Virus record (IMG/VR): IMGVR_UViG_3300033121_001033
Coordinates: 8,462-72,461 of that record
Origin: a virus
Lineage: Duplodnaviria; Caudoviricetes
DNA: 64,000 bases
Direction: 5' to 3' (one strand)
Both the position numbers and the translations under genes were made by a program. Below the pieces are notes generated by a model. It was not told the DNA's origin. It made no database searches and saw only the letters and a list, made by a program, of their open reading frames with translations. Position 1 is the stretch's first letter. The number at the start of each line of letters is the position of its first letter. Below are positions 19,006-27,458 of this stretch, one piece after another.

Positions 19006-20919
19006 ATGTTAATGCCAAAAAACTATAAAGTAATTGATCCTCGTGGAGTAACATATGGAATAGTTACTTTCTCTTTGGATGATGTATTTCAAGCAAATCC
19101 TTTAGATCCTACTATTATCAATTTAATTGAAACATCTAGAATAATCGAGACACCTGCTGGTACATTAACAAACGCCTTAACATTTATTATCGGACCTCCT
19201 GGCCCTCCCGGACCTCCGGGAACTCCTGGCGGGCCTCCCGGACCAATTGGACCTGTAGGTTTAAGAGGTTTTACCGGACCTACAGGAGCAGCAGGCCCAA
19301 TAGGACCTCCTGGAATTGATGGATCAAATGGTATTAACGGAGCCCCTGGTTCGATTGGCGCACCCGGACCTCCTGGTCCGACCGGGCCAATTGGTCCTTC
19401 TGGCGGACCTCCTGGTCCTACAGGCCCAACAGGATTAACAGGCCCAACAGGCCCAAATGGTTCTCCTGGTCCTGCCGGACCAACTGGTCCAACAGGTCCA
19501 ACCGGACCCACAGGATTTACTGGACCTCCCGGACCTACAGGTGCAAATGGACCAACCGGTCCGACGGGTCCGACGGGATTAACTGGTGCGACTGGTCCAA
19601 CTGGAACAAGTGTTTTCGGGGGAGATGGTTCATTAGGAAACGTTGTTATAAGTTCTAATGCTTTAGTGTCTGGAGTATTTAATTATAATAACTTAACCAT
19701 AAATACAGGAGTCGTTTTAACAGTTTCTACAAGACGTGCTTTACATATTAAATGTCGTGGTAATTTTAATTTAAATGGCAAAATAAATGGATCCAATTAT
19801 CTCCCAGGTGGTGCTGGAGGTATAAATACATCTAGTGCTGGTTCTGGCGAAGACGGAATGGGTTATTTATCTGGCGCTGCTGGCGGTGCGGGTGGTGGAG
19901 GAGCACGTAATAATGGATCTGGTAGCGGTGGTGGTAGAGGCGGTAATGGTGGTCCCAGAACAGTAGGATTACCATCTCTAACCTGCGAATGTTCACTCTA
20001 TAATTCAGCAACTACTGGCGCTGGTTACCAATCGATGGCATTCTCAAGCGAATATTATGATACAGATGGAATGCACAGTGGTTCATCATCCAACGTAACT
20101 ATTCCAACATATGGTGATGGTTATTATTATATAAAGGCTTCAGGACGTGCAGTTAATCATAGGATTCGTGTAAATGGAACGGCTGTATTAACACAAGCAA
20201 GTACATCGGGCGCATTTGGTTCGCCAGATGTTTCTGTTGAGTACCGTGGTTTATTAAAAGCTGGCGATGTTGTTGATTATCAACAAGATACTCCATCTGC
20301 GACTACTAATAATGCTAAATTACTTGTAAGAAGAGAAATCCCATTAGCTTGTAGTGTTGCAGTTGGTGGTTTAGGTGGTGCTCCAAGCGGTTCTGGTACA
20401 AGTCCCGGCGCTGTAGGAACTGTTCCTGGAAGAAATTCAAATATGGACTTCATTGGAGATTTAGATAGTCCACTTGCTTGGAATACATTTGCTGCCCCTG
20501 GAGCTTCTGGCGGTGGTGGTGGTGCTGGTGGTGGAAATGGTGTAAGTCCCGGCGGTGCTGGTGGAAATGCCGGAAACGTAGTATGTATTGAAGTATTAGG
20601 AGACTTAATTATTGGAACTGATGCTGCCGCTGGAGTTACATGTAGTGGAACTGCTGGAGCAGCAGGAACTAATTATACCGGAGCAGTTATGGCATCTGGT
20701 GGTGGTGGCGGTGGTGGTGCAGGATCATTAAGAATACTATGGGCGGGTGCTGGAAGTAATGCAGGAACAACAGCCGCAGGAACAGTACACGCTAAAATAA
20801 CCTGCGCTGCTGGTGCTGGAGGCGCAGCAGGAAGTAATAGCGGTGGTGGAGATTCAGCCGCAGCAGGTACCGCCGGTGAAAGCTCAAGTTATTTCCGTGT
20901 TATTAAAATAGGTGCTTAA
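19006..20919 (+). CDS. Collagen-repeat, Gly-rich fibre protein with an inserted C1q/TNF-like domain
   Basis: About 45 G-X-Y triplets, then a Gly-rich fibre domain, with an internal YDTDGMH...TIP..G.YYI...NG...LKAGD segment. Confidence 0.8.
   Translation: MLMPKNYKVIDPRGVTYGIVTFSLDDVFQANPLDPTIINLIETSRIIETPAGTLTNALTFIIGPPGPPGPPGTPGGPPGPIGPVGLRGFTGPTGAAGPIGPPGIDGSNGINGAPGSIGAPGPPGPTGPIGPSGGPPGPTGPTGLTGPTGPNGSPGPAGPTGPTGPTGPTGFTGPPGPTGANGPTGPTGPTGLTGATGPTGTSVFGGDGSLGNVVISSNALVSGVFNYNNLTINTGVVLTVSTRRALHIKCRGNFNLNGKINGSNYLPGGAGGINTSSAGSGEDGMGYLSGAAGGAGGGGARNNGSGSGGGRGGNGGPRTVGLPSLTCECSLYNSATTGAGYQSMAFSSEYYDTDGMHSGSSSNVTIPTYGDGYYYIKASGRAVNHRIRVNGTAVLTQASTSGAFGSPDVSVEYRGLLKAGDVVDYQQDTPSATTNNAKLLVRREIPLACSVAVGGLGGAPSGSGTSPGAVGTVPGRNSNMDFIGDLDSPLAWNTFAAPGASGGGGGAGGGNGVSPGGAGGNAGNVVCIEVLGDLIIGTDAAAGVTCSGTAGAAGTNYTGAVMASGGGGGGGAGSLRILWAGAGSNAGTTAAGTVHAKITCAAGAGGAAGSNSGGGDSAAAGTAGESSSYFRVIKIGA
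19192..19605 (+). repeat. Collagen G-X-Y repeat tract
   Basis: GPP/GPT/GPI triplets with two GG interruptions. Confidence 0.95.
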
Positions 20920-21134
20920 TGGCTGATTTTAATTTAGTCTGTACTTGTGGTAATAGATTATTAACAGTTACTAGATGTAATCCAAAACAATGGTTATCAA
21001 ACTTACATCATTTCGAATTTAATTGTAAATGTGGACTTAATTGGAAATTAGGATCTACATCACAATATCCTGTTATTAATGATTGTACAGAGCGTCCTGC
21101 TAGTTGGATTGGCTTAACATTGGTTGCTAAATAG
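20919..21134 (+). CDS. Small Cys-rich (Zn-ribbon) protein coupled to the collagen gene
   Basis: CTCG and CKCG; TAATG overlap with the upstream stop. Confidence 0.6.
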   Translation: MADFNLVCTCGNRLLTVTRCNPKQWLSNLHHFEFNCKCGLNWKLGSTSQYPVINDCTERPASWIGLTLVAK

Positions 21135-21564
21135 GTAATTTATTCCAATAATATTCTCTATGTGGAGATTTAATATCGATGAAACTTTCTTCTATTAAAT
21201 CTCCGTAAGTATCACCTTTAACTAACACTAATTCAAATACAGCGGCTGCTTGAATATTATTTTCAGTTGGGAAATACTGAGATAATAGTTTATACATGCA
21301 AAAATCTGTTTGATACAATAAAGGATCCATATAAAGCTTAATAGATTCAACCAGATGCAAATAAGGGGTTCTCATTTGTTCTCTATGTTTTAATTTAACC
21401 ATCATTAGTTCTGAATTGTTAAGTAATGTTCTTGCTCTTAATGCAAATCTCCAAAAAAGCCCGTCGTAGTACTCGATAATTGTTCCTAATTTAATTGATG
21501 CGCTATCATCTTTCTCTGGATCGAGTATATAATCTATATCTGCAAATAAAAACATATCACTCAT
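21127..21564 (-). CDS. Hypothetical protein
   Basis: ORF. Confidence 0.55.
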   Translation of the reverse strand: MSDMFLFADIDYILDPEKDDSASIKLGTIIEYYDGLFWRFALRARTLLNNSELMMVKLKHREQMRTPYLHLVESIKLYMDPLLYQTDFCMYKLLSQYFPTENNIQAAAVFELVLVKGDTYGDLIEESFIDIKSPHREYYWNKLPI

Positions 21565-21609
21565 ACTATGAATTTAGTAGGAGTGATATTAAATTGCTAT
21601 TAAAATATA

Positions 21610-21747
21610 TTAATAGTTATCAAGCAATAATTTTGCTGCTTGTAATGCAGATTGTGGATCTTGGTTGTAATTATTTAATATTTCAAGAAGTGCAAATTTA
21701 ACTGATTCGCGCGTATCTAATTCTTTTTTTATTTTTATAACATCCAT
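21610..21747 (-). CDS. Small hypothetical protein, 45 aa (not in ORF track)
   Basis: MDVIKIKKELDTRESVKFALLEIL...LLDNY; GAGG SD. Confidence 0.5.
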   Translation of the reverse strand: MDVIKIKKELDTRESVKFALLEILNNYNQDPQSALQAAKLLLDNY

Positions 21748-21827
21748 TTAAATCCTCATGTTATCTATTATTATTTAAAAGTTCCGACAAATTTCGTGAG
21801 TATAAAAGAATATACATTTTTTCACTA

Positions 21828-21897
21828 TAGAGATAACAAGAATCGAACTTGTTCTGTTGCCGTATGAAAGCAATTGATCGCCACGATCTATATCTCT
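21828..21897 (-). tRNA. tRNA with CAT anticodon (Met or Ile2), atypical, no encoded CCA
   Basis: AGAGATA-TA-GATC(GTGGC)GATC-AA-TTGCT(TTCATAC)GGCAA-CAGA-ACAAG(TTCGATT)CTTGT-TATCTCT-A; all four stems pair. Confidence 0.7.
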
Positions 21898-21901
21898 AAA
21901 T

Positions 21902-21929
21902 GCCGCAGAATTAACTGCGGCTAATTTTT
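21902..21929. terminator. GC hairpin between ssb and the tRNA
   Basis: GCCGCAG-AATTAA-CTGCGGC followed by TAATTTTT on the plus strand. Confidence 0.6.
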
Positions 21930-22687
21930 CAGAATGGTATATCGTTATCTGAAGCGGCTTCAGCAATTGCAGCAGTTGCAGCCGTATCTTTACGAATTTG
22001 AGCAGCTACTTGTTCTAACTCTTCAAATGACATTGGTTTTAATACCTCATCATAATTGAAAGGAGTTAAGTACTTCTCAACAGTTGTACCATAATCCGCA
22101 GCGGCTTTGCTGTAACGTTCAGCTAATTGAGCCTCTGTTAATGGATTACCATTTGGTAACCACATATCCCCAATTCGTGGAGTTTTTTGGTCAGTTCCTC
22201 TCGAAATTGACCACTCACGACCACGCCACGGAGTAAATTTTGATACTAATTTCTTCATAGCTTCTAGTTGACGAGCGTTAACTAGAAGTAAACGACGTTG
22301 ATCTTTAATCACTCGTCCTTTATTTTTACCTGAAGGAATTTCCCATTCTGAACCGTCAAGAATTGTTCCCGCTGTAAACCACTTGCCTTTTTCGCCTGTG
22401 GCATCACAAACTGGACAACCTTTCTTTGAGAATTGTGAAATACAAACTATGTTATTACTGAAACTATTGTTAATCTTAACGCCTTGGTGCATACGAACTG
22501 AAAATTCGAATGGTTTTTCGTCAAGAGTTGTTCCGGTTACTTCACTATTGAGACGAACTAAGAAAGGTGAAACTTTCTTTTGTGTCTCTCCTACCTTTTC
22601 AGATAGAACGTATTCAAGTTTCTTAAAGCGACTTCCGGTTGCATTTGGTGTTGGGGGTGGACCGCCTGATCCTCTAAATGTAGTCAT
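21929..22687 (-). CDS. ssb: Single-stranded DNA-binding protein (gp32-like, Zn-binding)
   Basis: H...C...CPVC Zn ligands; acidic C-terminal tail ending DNDIPF; next to primase and helicase. Confidence 0.75.
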   Translation of the reverse strand: MTTFRGSGGPPPTPNATGSRFKKLEYVLSEKVGETQKKVSPFLVRLNSEVTGTTLDEKPFEFSVRMHQGVKINNSFSNNIVCISQFSKKGCPVCDATGEKGKWFTAGTILDGSEWEIPSGKNKGRVIKDQRRLLLVNARQLEAMKKLVSKFTPWRGREWSISRGTDQKTPRIGDMWLPNGNPLTEAQLAERYSKAAADYGTTVEKYLTPFNYDEVLKPMSFEELEQVAAQIRKDTAATAAIAEAASDNDIPF

Positions 22688-22764
22688 TTGTTAATCTCCT
22701 TATTTAGCTTTTAGCATTATGCTGTAGCCATTGTTATACTACACGACCTCATGTAGTATGTCAA
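22688..22764 (-). promoter_or_regulatory. Sigma70-type promoter plus conserved leader hairpin (copy 2)
   Basis: TTGACA(22764-59)-17nt-TAGTAT(22741-36), then TGGCTACAGC-ATAAT-GCTAAAAGCTAA-ATAAGGAG. Confidence 0.7.
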
Positions 22765-22785
22765 TCAAAAAATATCTCACTAGCA

Positions 22786-24987
22786 TCACTGAGATAAATC
22801 ATGAGAAAATTCAACTTTTTTACCAAGAACATACTTGGCGGAATTAAATAATCTCACGATGTCTTCTGCTGGAAGATTGCCGGGATCTTTTTTAGATCCA
22901 TCTTCTAATAGATCTATAGGGCATTCTATTAATTTAATAGAAACTCTTCCTTGTAACATTCTATGTATCTTTTTTGTCATTGTTCTACCTGGACCATCAC
23001 CATCCATAAAAATATAAACATATGGTGGATTAAAAGAACAAATAGTGTCTGCGTGTTCTTTAGAAAAACCCTCGCCAAGAACAGCAACAGAGCACGCCAT
23101 TGGATACAAAGCCTGATCTGTTTTAACCACTCCTGTAGCACCCTCAACAATAACAATTGGTTTGTTTGGTTCTAATAAATGCTCGCCAAGAAGATATAAT
23201 TGCCGATTAAAATTATCGTAATTATGATGTCTTCTTTCAGCTTGATTTGTTATATCTCTGCCCTGCATTCCGACTAAATTTTTATCTTTATCTCTAATTG
23301 GAAAAACTAATCTTTTTAATTTTACATCGTGGCCCAAAGACCAACGTTCTGCTGTTTCTGGTTTTATTCCACGCTCACTAGCGTATGAAGGTAAAGGATG
23401 TTTAAAATCATCCCATCTCGATTCTGGAATTATATCCTTAGATTTAATAATTTTCTTCTTAAGAGATTTTTTCTTACTTTTATCTAACAATGATTCCAGT
23501 GTAACGGCTTCTGTTTTTTGAACAGACTCCAGTAGTTCTTTATGCTCTGTTCCGTCTAGTGCTAGTTCTAGCATTTTGGCCCATGAGCCTTTAAAACCGC
23601 ATGAACCAGAAAAACACCTAACAACACTTGGGCCATCTGGGTCGATTTTTACACTACAACCCATATTATGATCATATGGATCTTTATGTCTTAAAGGGGC
23701 CAAAGGACAATTTTTAACAACTACTGATCCCACTATATAACTTTCGTCATTTTCAACAGTCATATTATATACTAAAATGTCTTTAACTTCTTTAGTTACA
23801 ATTTCTTTAATAGGATATGTCATTTTATTAAGTATTTTTTGACCAACACATTGGTCTTGTGTATCCGCCCAACATACTTCATAACTCTCTCTATGGTGAA
23901 CTCCATTTTTATCAATTCTTTCTGCACGAGAAGTTCTTCTACACGCTATTCCAAGAGATCCAAGTAGTATAGGTAATTGAAAACTCATTGTAATTGATGT
24001 AGTACTTATAGATTCCCATTTACCGGCTTTTGTCGATTTGCTACCTGCATACCTACATCCATCTCCTGCTCGTAGTCCTTCTAAAAATGCTTTTTTAATC
24101 TCGATGGAAGATGTCATAATGAACTCTGGTATAATTTTGTTTGGTGCTTTATGACCTAGTATATATGGAAGCCATCGCGCTATAAAACTATTATAGATAT
24201 ATACTCTTTGCGTATTATGTTCGGCATCTGTACGTATCGTTGGCGTTTCATTAAATATATTTTTTATTAATTTAGTACATTTTTTAACACTCGGTTCTCC
24301 ATTTCTAAATGTAAATCCAGTGTAGCTGTATCCACTTCCTATATCTCCAGTAGAACATCCCTTAGCCGACCACAATCCTAGCAAATGAGCCAATTCTTTA
24401 GACAAATAAACCTCGGGACATGACTTTCTATGTTTTCTTAATTTTCCTGTAGACGTTCTTGTATTAAATAATAGTGGATCTATCAAAGGAACTAATATAT
24501 CTTTATTTGGAATAAAAGGTAATACGAGTCTATCTTTTATCTTTAAAGTCTTAATTTCAGACAATTCTTCTGTCGCATGAATTTTTGGAGGTACATCATT
24601 TATTTTAACTGATTCTTTACCAGAATTTGAAATTTTAATATCTTTTCGAAGTTTTATAATATCATTATTTTTATAGTTATAAACCCTGTGATTATCAGTA
24701 CTTGTAATAGAATAATTAAGTCCTTTAAAAGATGTAGTTATTAAATTTCCGGTAAACGATTTAACATGAGTAGCTTTAACTTTTTGGTAGCCGCTTTCAT
24801 GAGTAAGTACATAATCACCTATTTTTATCTTATCAATAGGAACTAATCCTTTTGATGTCATAACAGGTGTACCTTTAGGAAAACAACTTATTGATATTTG
24901 TGGACCAACCCTCTCGTTATTATCACGAACATGAGAATAACTAAGTTTAAGTTGATTACAAATTTCTACTATCCCTTCGAGATCCAT
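22786..24987 (-). CDS. dnaG: DnaG-type DNA primase with an intein in the Zn-binding domain
   Basis: Spliced extein SIS/CPLAPLRH...C...RCFSGSCG; FPIRD, GMQGR, IVEG and MDGD Toprim motifs. Confidence 0.85.
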   Translation of the reverse strand: MDLEGIVEICNQLKLSYSHVRDNNERVGPQISISCFPKGTPVMTSKGLVPIDKIKIGDYVLTHESGYQKVKATHVKSFTGNLITTSFKGLNYSITSTDNHRVYNYKNNDIIKLRKDIKISNSGKESVKINDVPPKIHATEELSEIKTLKIKDRLVLPFIPNKDILVPLIDPLLFNTRTSTGKLRKHRKSCPEVYLSKELAHLLGLWSAKGCSTGDIGSGYSYTGFTFRNGEPSVKKCTKLIKNIFNETPTIRTDAEHNTQRVYIYNSFIARWLPYILGHKAPNKIIPEFIMTSSIEIKKAFLEGLRAGDGCRYAGSKSTKAGKWESISTTSITMSFQLPILLGSLGIACRRTSRAERIDKNGVHHRESYEVCWADTQDQCVGQKILNKMTYPIKEIVTKEVKDILVYNMTVENDESYIVGSVVVKNCPLAPLRHKDPYDHNMGCSVKIDPDGPSVVRCFSGSCGFKGSWAKMLELALDGTEHKELLESVQKTEAVTLESLLDKSKKKSLKKKIIKSKDIIPESRWDDFKHPLPSYASERGIKPETAERWSLGHDVKLKRLVFPIRDKDKNLVGMQGRDITNQAERRHHNYDNFNRQLYLLGEHLLEPNKPIVIVEGATGVVKTDQALYPMACSVAVLGEGFSKEHADTICSFNPPYVYIFMDGDGPGRTMTKKIHRMLQGRVSIKLIECPIDLLEDGSKKDPGNLPAEDIVRLFNSAKYVLGKKVEFSHDLSQ
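23710..24885 (-). mobile_element. Intein (392 aa) with LAGLIDADG homing endonuclease, in primase
   Basis: Starts CFPKGTPV, ends YNMTVENDESYIVGSVVVKN/C; LLGLWSAKG and FLEGLRAGDG motifs. Confidence 0.9.
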
Positions 24988-25005
24988 TAAATATCCTTTT
25001 AAATT

Positions 25006-26328
25006 TTAGAAAGCTATTTGATTCATAGGCCCGAGATCTGGTAATTGGTCTATTGCCAATGATGGCTCTCCTGGCAAATCGTTATTACTATTTAATACTT
25101 TAATTTCAGAATAGTCTTGTGTCGACATATTAAAATTAATTAGAAGATCTATTGGTTCGAAATCACGGCCTTTCATACCACGCATAACTCTTTGCTTTTG
25201 TGCAAGAAAAGTAGTGTCAGCAAATAAACCATCCACTGTATCGGCGTAGTCACCTATTGCTTTTGCATATGCAGCAGAGTCAGCTTCACCATCTAAATCT
25301 TCTTTTCCGACTGAACCACTTAATTGTGAAGTTACTATAACAGGAACATTCTGTGAAACTGCGACATCTAATTTTATCATCTGAATATTTTCTAATGTTC
25401 TCTCCCATATAGGTTTACGAGAACTTTTACCCATTATGTAAAAACCATCAATAAGTACTAAAGAGGGTTTATATTGTGCAGTATATCTTGCTGCATCACT
25501 TGGCGTATCTACTAAATCAGAACCGATAACAATGATTTCAGATCGTTTGTCATCTTTCTTTTTCATTTCAGCGCACCAATTCATAAATTTTAATTTTTGA
25601 TCTGGCGGCAACTTACCGGATCTGAATTGTGCGAAATCTAATTTGTTATGAATTGCAAATAATCTTGAATTAATTTGCCAAGGTGGCATTTCCATCGAAA
25701 TAATTAATATTTTCTCGCCATTTTTAAAGTAATTAGACCAGGCATGATTAATCCAGGCAAGTGATCCTTGTGTCTTTCCGGTACCTCTTTTTGCTAGAAT
25801 TGCTGCTAATTCACCTTTATGTAAACCTAGAGAAGCTTTATCTCTAGAAGGCCACGGAGATGGAATTCCTAATGTTTTATCACCGGCGTTTTCTGCTTCT
25901 AAGTATCTCTTCTCAATAATTTCGATTGAGAGAGGATTATTTGTACTTTGTATTGTGCCTTTAACTTGAGCGGTATCTATAACTAATTGATCTAATTCTA
26001 ATCTAGCTTTAACAGGATCTTCAAGTTTACGAATTATTGCATCTAAACCAGTTTCTAGACTAGTTTTTAATGTTCTATTAGAAATTATCGTGGAACATGT
26101 ATCAATGTCTAATTTATCTTTTTGTTCTTTTATTTCTATTTGTGTTAATAGATCTATTTCTGATGTAGAAGGTAAACGACCTTTTGGAAGATATGTTTCA
26201 AATAGATCGTATACCTGTTTGTAATCTCCGAATAAATGCTCGGACTTAATACCTTTTTGTCTTGCATGTGAATAAGCTTCTACACCGCCTTGTAATATGG
26301 CGTGTATTAGTGCTTCATCTGGGGTCAA
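25006..26328 (-). CDS. dnaB: DnaB-like replicative helicase
   Basis: AKRGTGKT, ISMEM, LIDGFY, SQL, KGRD; TTG start. Confidence 0.88.
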   Translation of the reverse strand: MTPDEALIHAILQGGVEAYSHARQKGIKSEHLFGDYKQVYDLFETYLPKGRLPSTSEIDLLTQIEIKEQKDKLDIDTCSTIISNRTLKTSLETGLDAIIRKLEDPVKARLELDQLVIDTAQVKGTIQSTNNPLSIEIIEKRYLEAENAGDKTLGIPSPWPSRDKASLGLHKGELAAILAKRGTGKTQGSLAWINHAWSNYFKNGEKILIISMEMPPWQINSRLFAIHNKLDFAQFRSGKLPPDQKLKFMNWCAEMKKKDDKRSEIIVIGSDLVDTPSDAARYTAQYKPSLVLIDGFYIMGKSSRKPIWERTLENIQMIKLDVAVSQNVPVIVTSQLSGSVGKEDLDGEADSAAYAKAIGDYADTVDGLFADTTFLAQKQRVMRGMKGRDFEPIDLLINFNMSTQDYSEIKVLNSNNDLPGEPSLAIDQLPDLGPMNQIAF

Positions 26329-26337
26329 ATTACACCT

Positions 26338-27006
26338 TTACTTTGATTTTTTAATTTTCTTGCGTTTTTGCTTAGAATCAGGATCTTCTACGATCGGAAC
26401 AGTAGCATCGACCATTTTGAGCGGATTTGTTAGATTAGGATCTTGTTTAACTATTTTAGAAATTTTATAAATAGTTCTATTTTCTAATCTTCCCGGCATC
26501 ACTTCAAAAGTTACATTTTTTGAGTTTAGATACTTTTTAAATGTTTGCTCCGTTGGTCGTACAGAGTTACCATTCATAATCTCTTGTTGCCCATGTACAA
26601 TTTCAATGAATAATGTTGATACATTTTCGATTACTTTATCTAAAATAGTCAATGGATCCGGTATTTGTTCAAATCCTTCGGACCAAATAGCAGTATCATA
26701 TTTATTATTAATATTTAATACTTCTGTGGCAGGACTTTTAACAACAGCAAGTATTCTTGACAATCCTTTTTTGTATTGTAAGCGTGGTTCATAATAGAAA
26801 GTCTCATATAAATCTGAAACTTCATTAATTAATCCACCATAACTTGGAAATAAAATTAATACTTTACCATTTAGATTGAATTTTTTTAAATATAACGTCG
26901 GGTCATATTTTCCAGGAAGCGTGTATTTAGGTGTTTTAACAGTAAAACTTGTTTGATCTCCTGCATAAAAATCTGAGGAGTGTCTAATATCTTCTAATGT
27001 TTCCAT
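26338..27006 (-). CDS. Degenerate class I SAM methyltransferase-like protein
   Basis: Resembles the (T/L)PG..D...L..GK.VL and YD.......EQIPDPL.IL...LFIE segments of CmoB/DUF1698-like MTases; motif I altered. Confidence 0.4.
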   Translation of the reverse strand: METLEDIRHSSDFYAGDQTSFTVKTPKYTLPGKYDPTLYLKKFNLNGKVLILFPSYGGLINEVSDLYETFYYEPRLQYKKGLSRILAVVKSPATEVLNINNKYDTAIWSEGFEQIPDPLTILDKVIENVSTLFIEIVHGQQEIMNGNSVRPTEQTFKKYLNSKNVTFEVMPGRLENRTIYKISKIVKQDPNLTNPLKMVDATVPIVEDPDSKQKRKKIKKSK

Positions 27007-27007
27007 A

Positions 27008-27238
27008 TTATCCTTTTTTCTTTTTAAACTTCACTGACTGTAGTGTTGTTCTACTCTCATATATTTTATGAGGATGTAATTTTCTAAATTCTTCTTCTGT
27101 AATTTCAAAAGTCTTAAAATCGTGTTTGCAATTACTGCATTTACGACGACGCCATTTAATATTATCAATATTTTCGTCTACTGGAATAATAGTTTTTAAT
27201 ACAGAGGTTGATAAACGATCACAATTAGGACACCGCAT
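27008..27238 (-). CDS. NrdR-like Zn-ribbon protein (no ATP cone)
   Basis: MRCPNC...V..T...RRRKCSNCKHDFKTFE. Confidence 0.75.
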   Translation of the reverse strand: MRCPNCDRLSTSVLKTIIPVDENIDNIKWRRRKCSNCKHDFKTFEITEEEFRKLHPHKIYESRTTLQSVKFKKKKG

Positions 27239-27458
27239 TTCTAACCCCGCCTATTTTTCCATCCCTTGGAAGATTTATTAAAGATTTACGCTTAGGAAAA
27301 CTAAATGGATTAGGTTTCTTAGCATCATTCATTCTAATTCTTCGTGCCTTAAAGACATCTCTGACTGGAGCAACAGCCTTTTCGCGTATCCTACGCTCCA
27401 ATCTAGAGTGTAAATCGCGACGTTCAGGCTCGAATGCTTCTATAATACGATAAATAAT
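27225..27458 (-). CDS. Putative basic 77-aa ORF with a non-canonical (ATT) or later start
   Basis: Stop-free frame 27225-27482 fills the terL-nrdR gap; GGAGG lies 9 nt before the ATT at 27458. Confidence 0.35.
   Translation of the reverse strand: MIYRIIEAFEPERRDLHSRLERRIREKAVAPVRDVFKARRIRMNDAKKPNPFSFPKRKSLINLPRDGKIGGVRNAVS

Noticed and set aside
19089-19511. Minus-strand collagen-like ORF
   Set aside because: Antisense mirror of the GPx repeat (GGx-CCx symmetry); no SD, and fully inside the real gene
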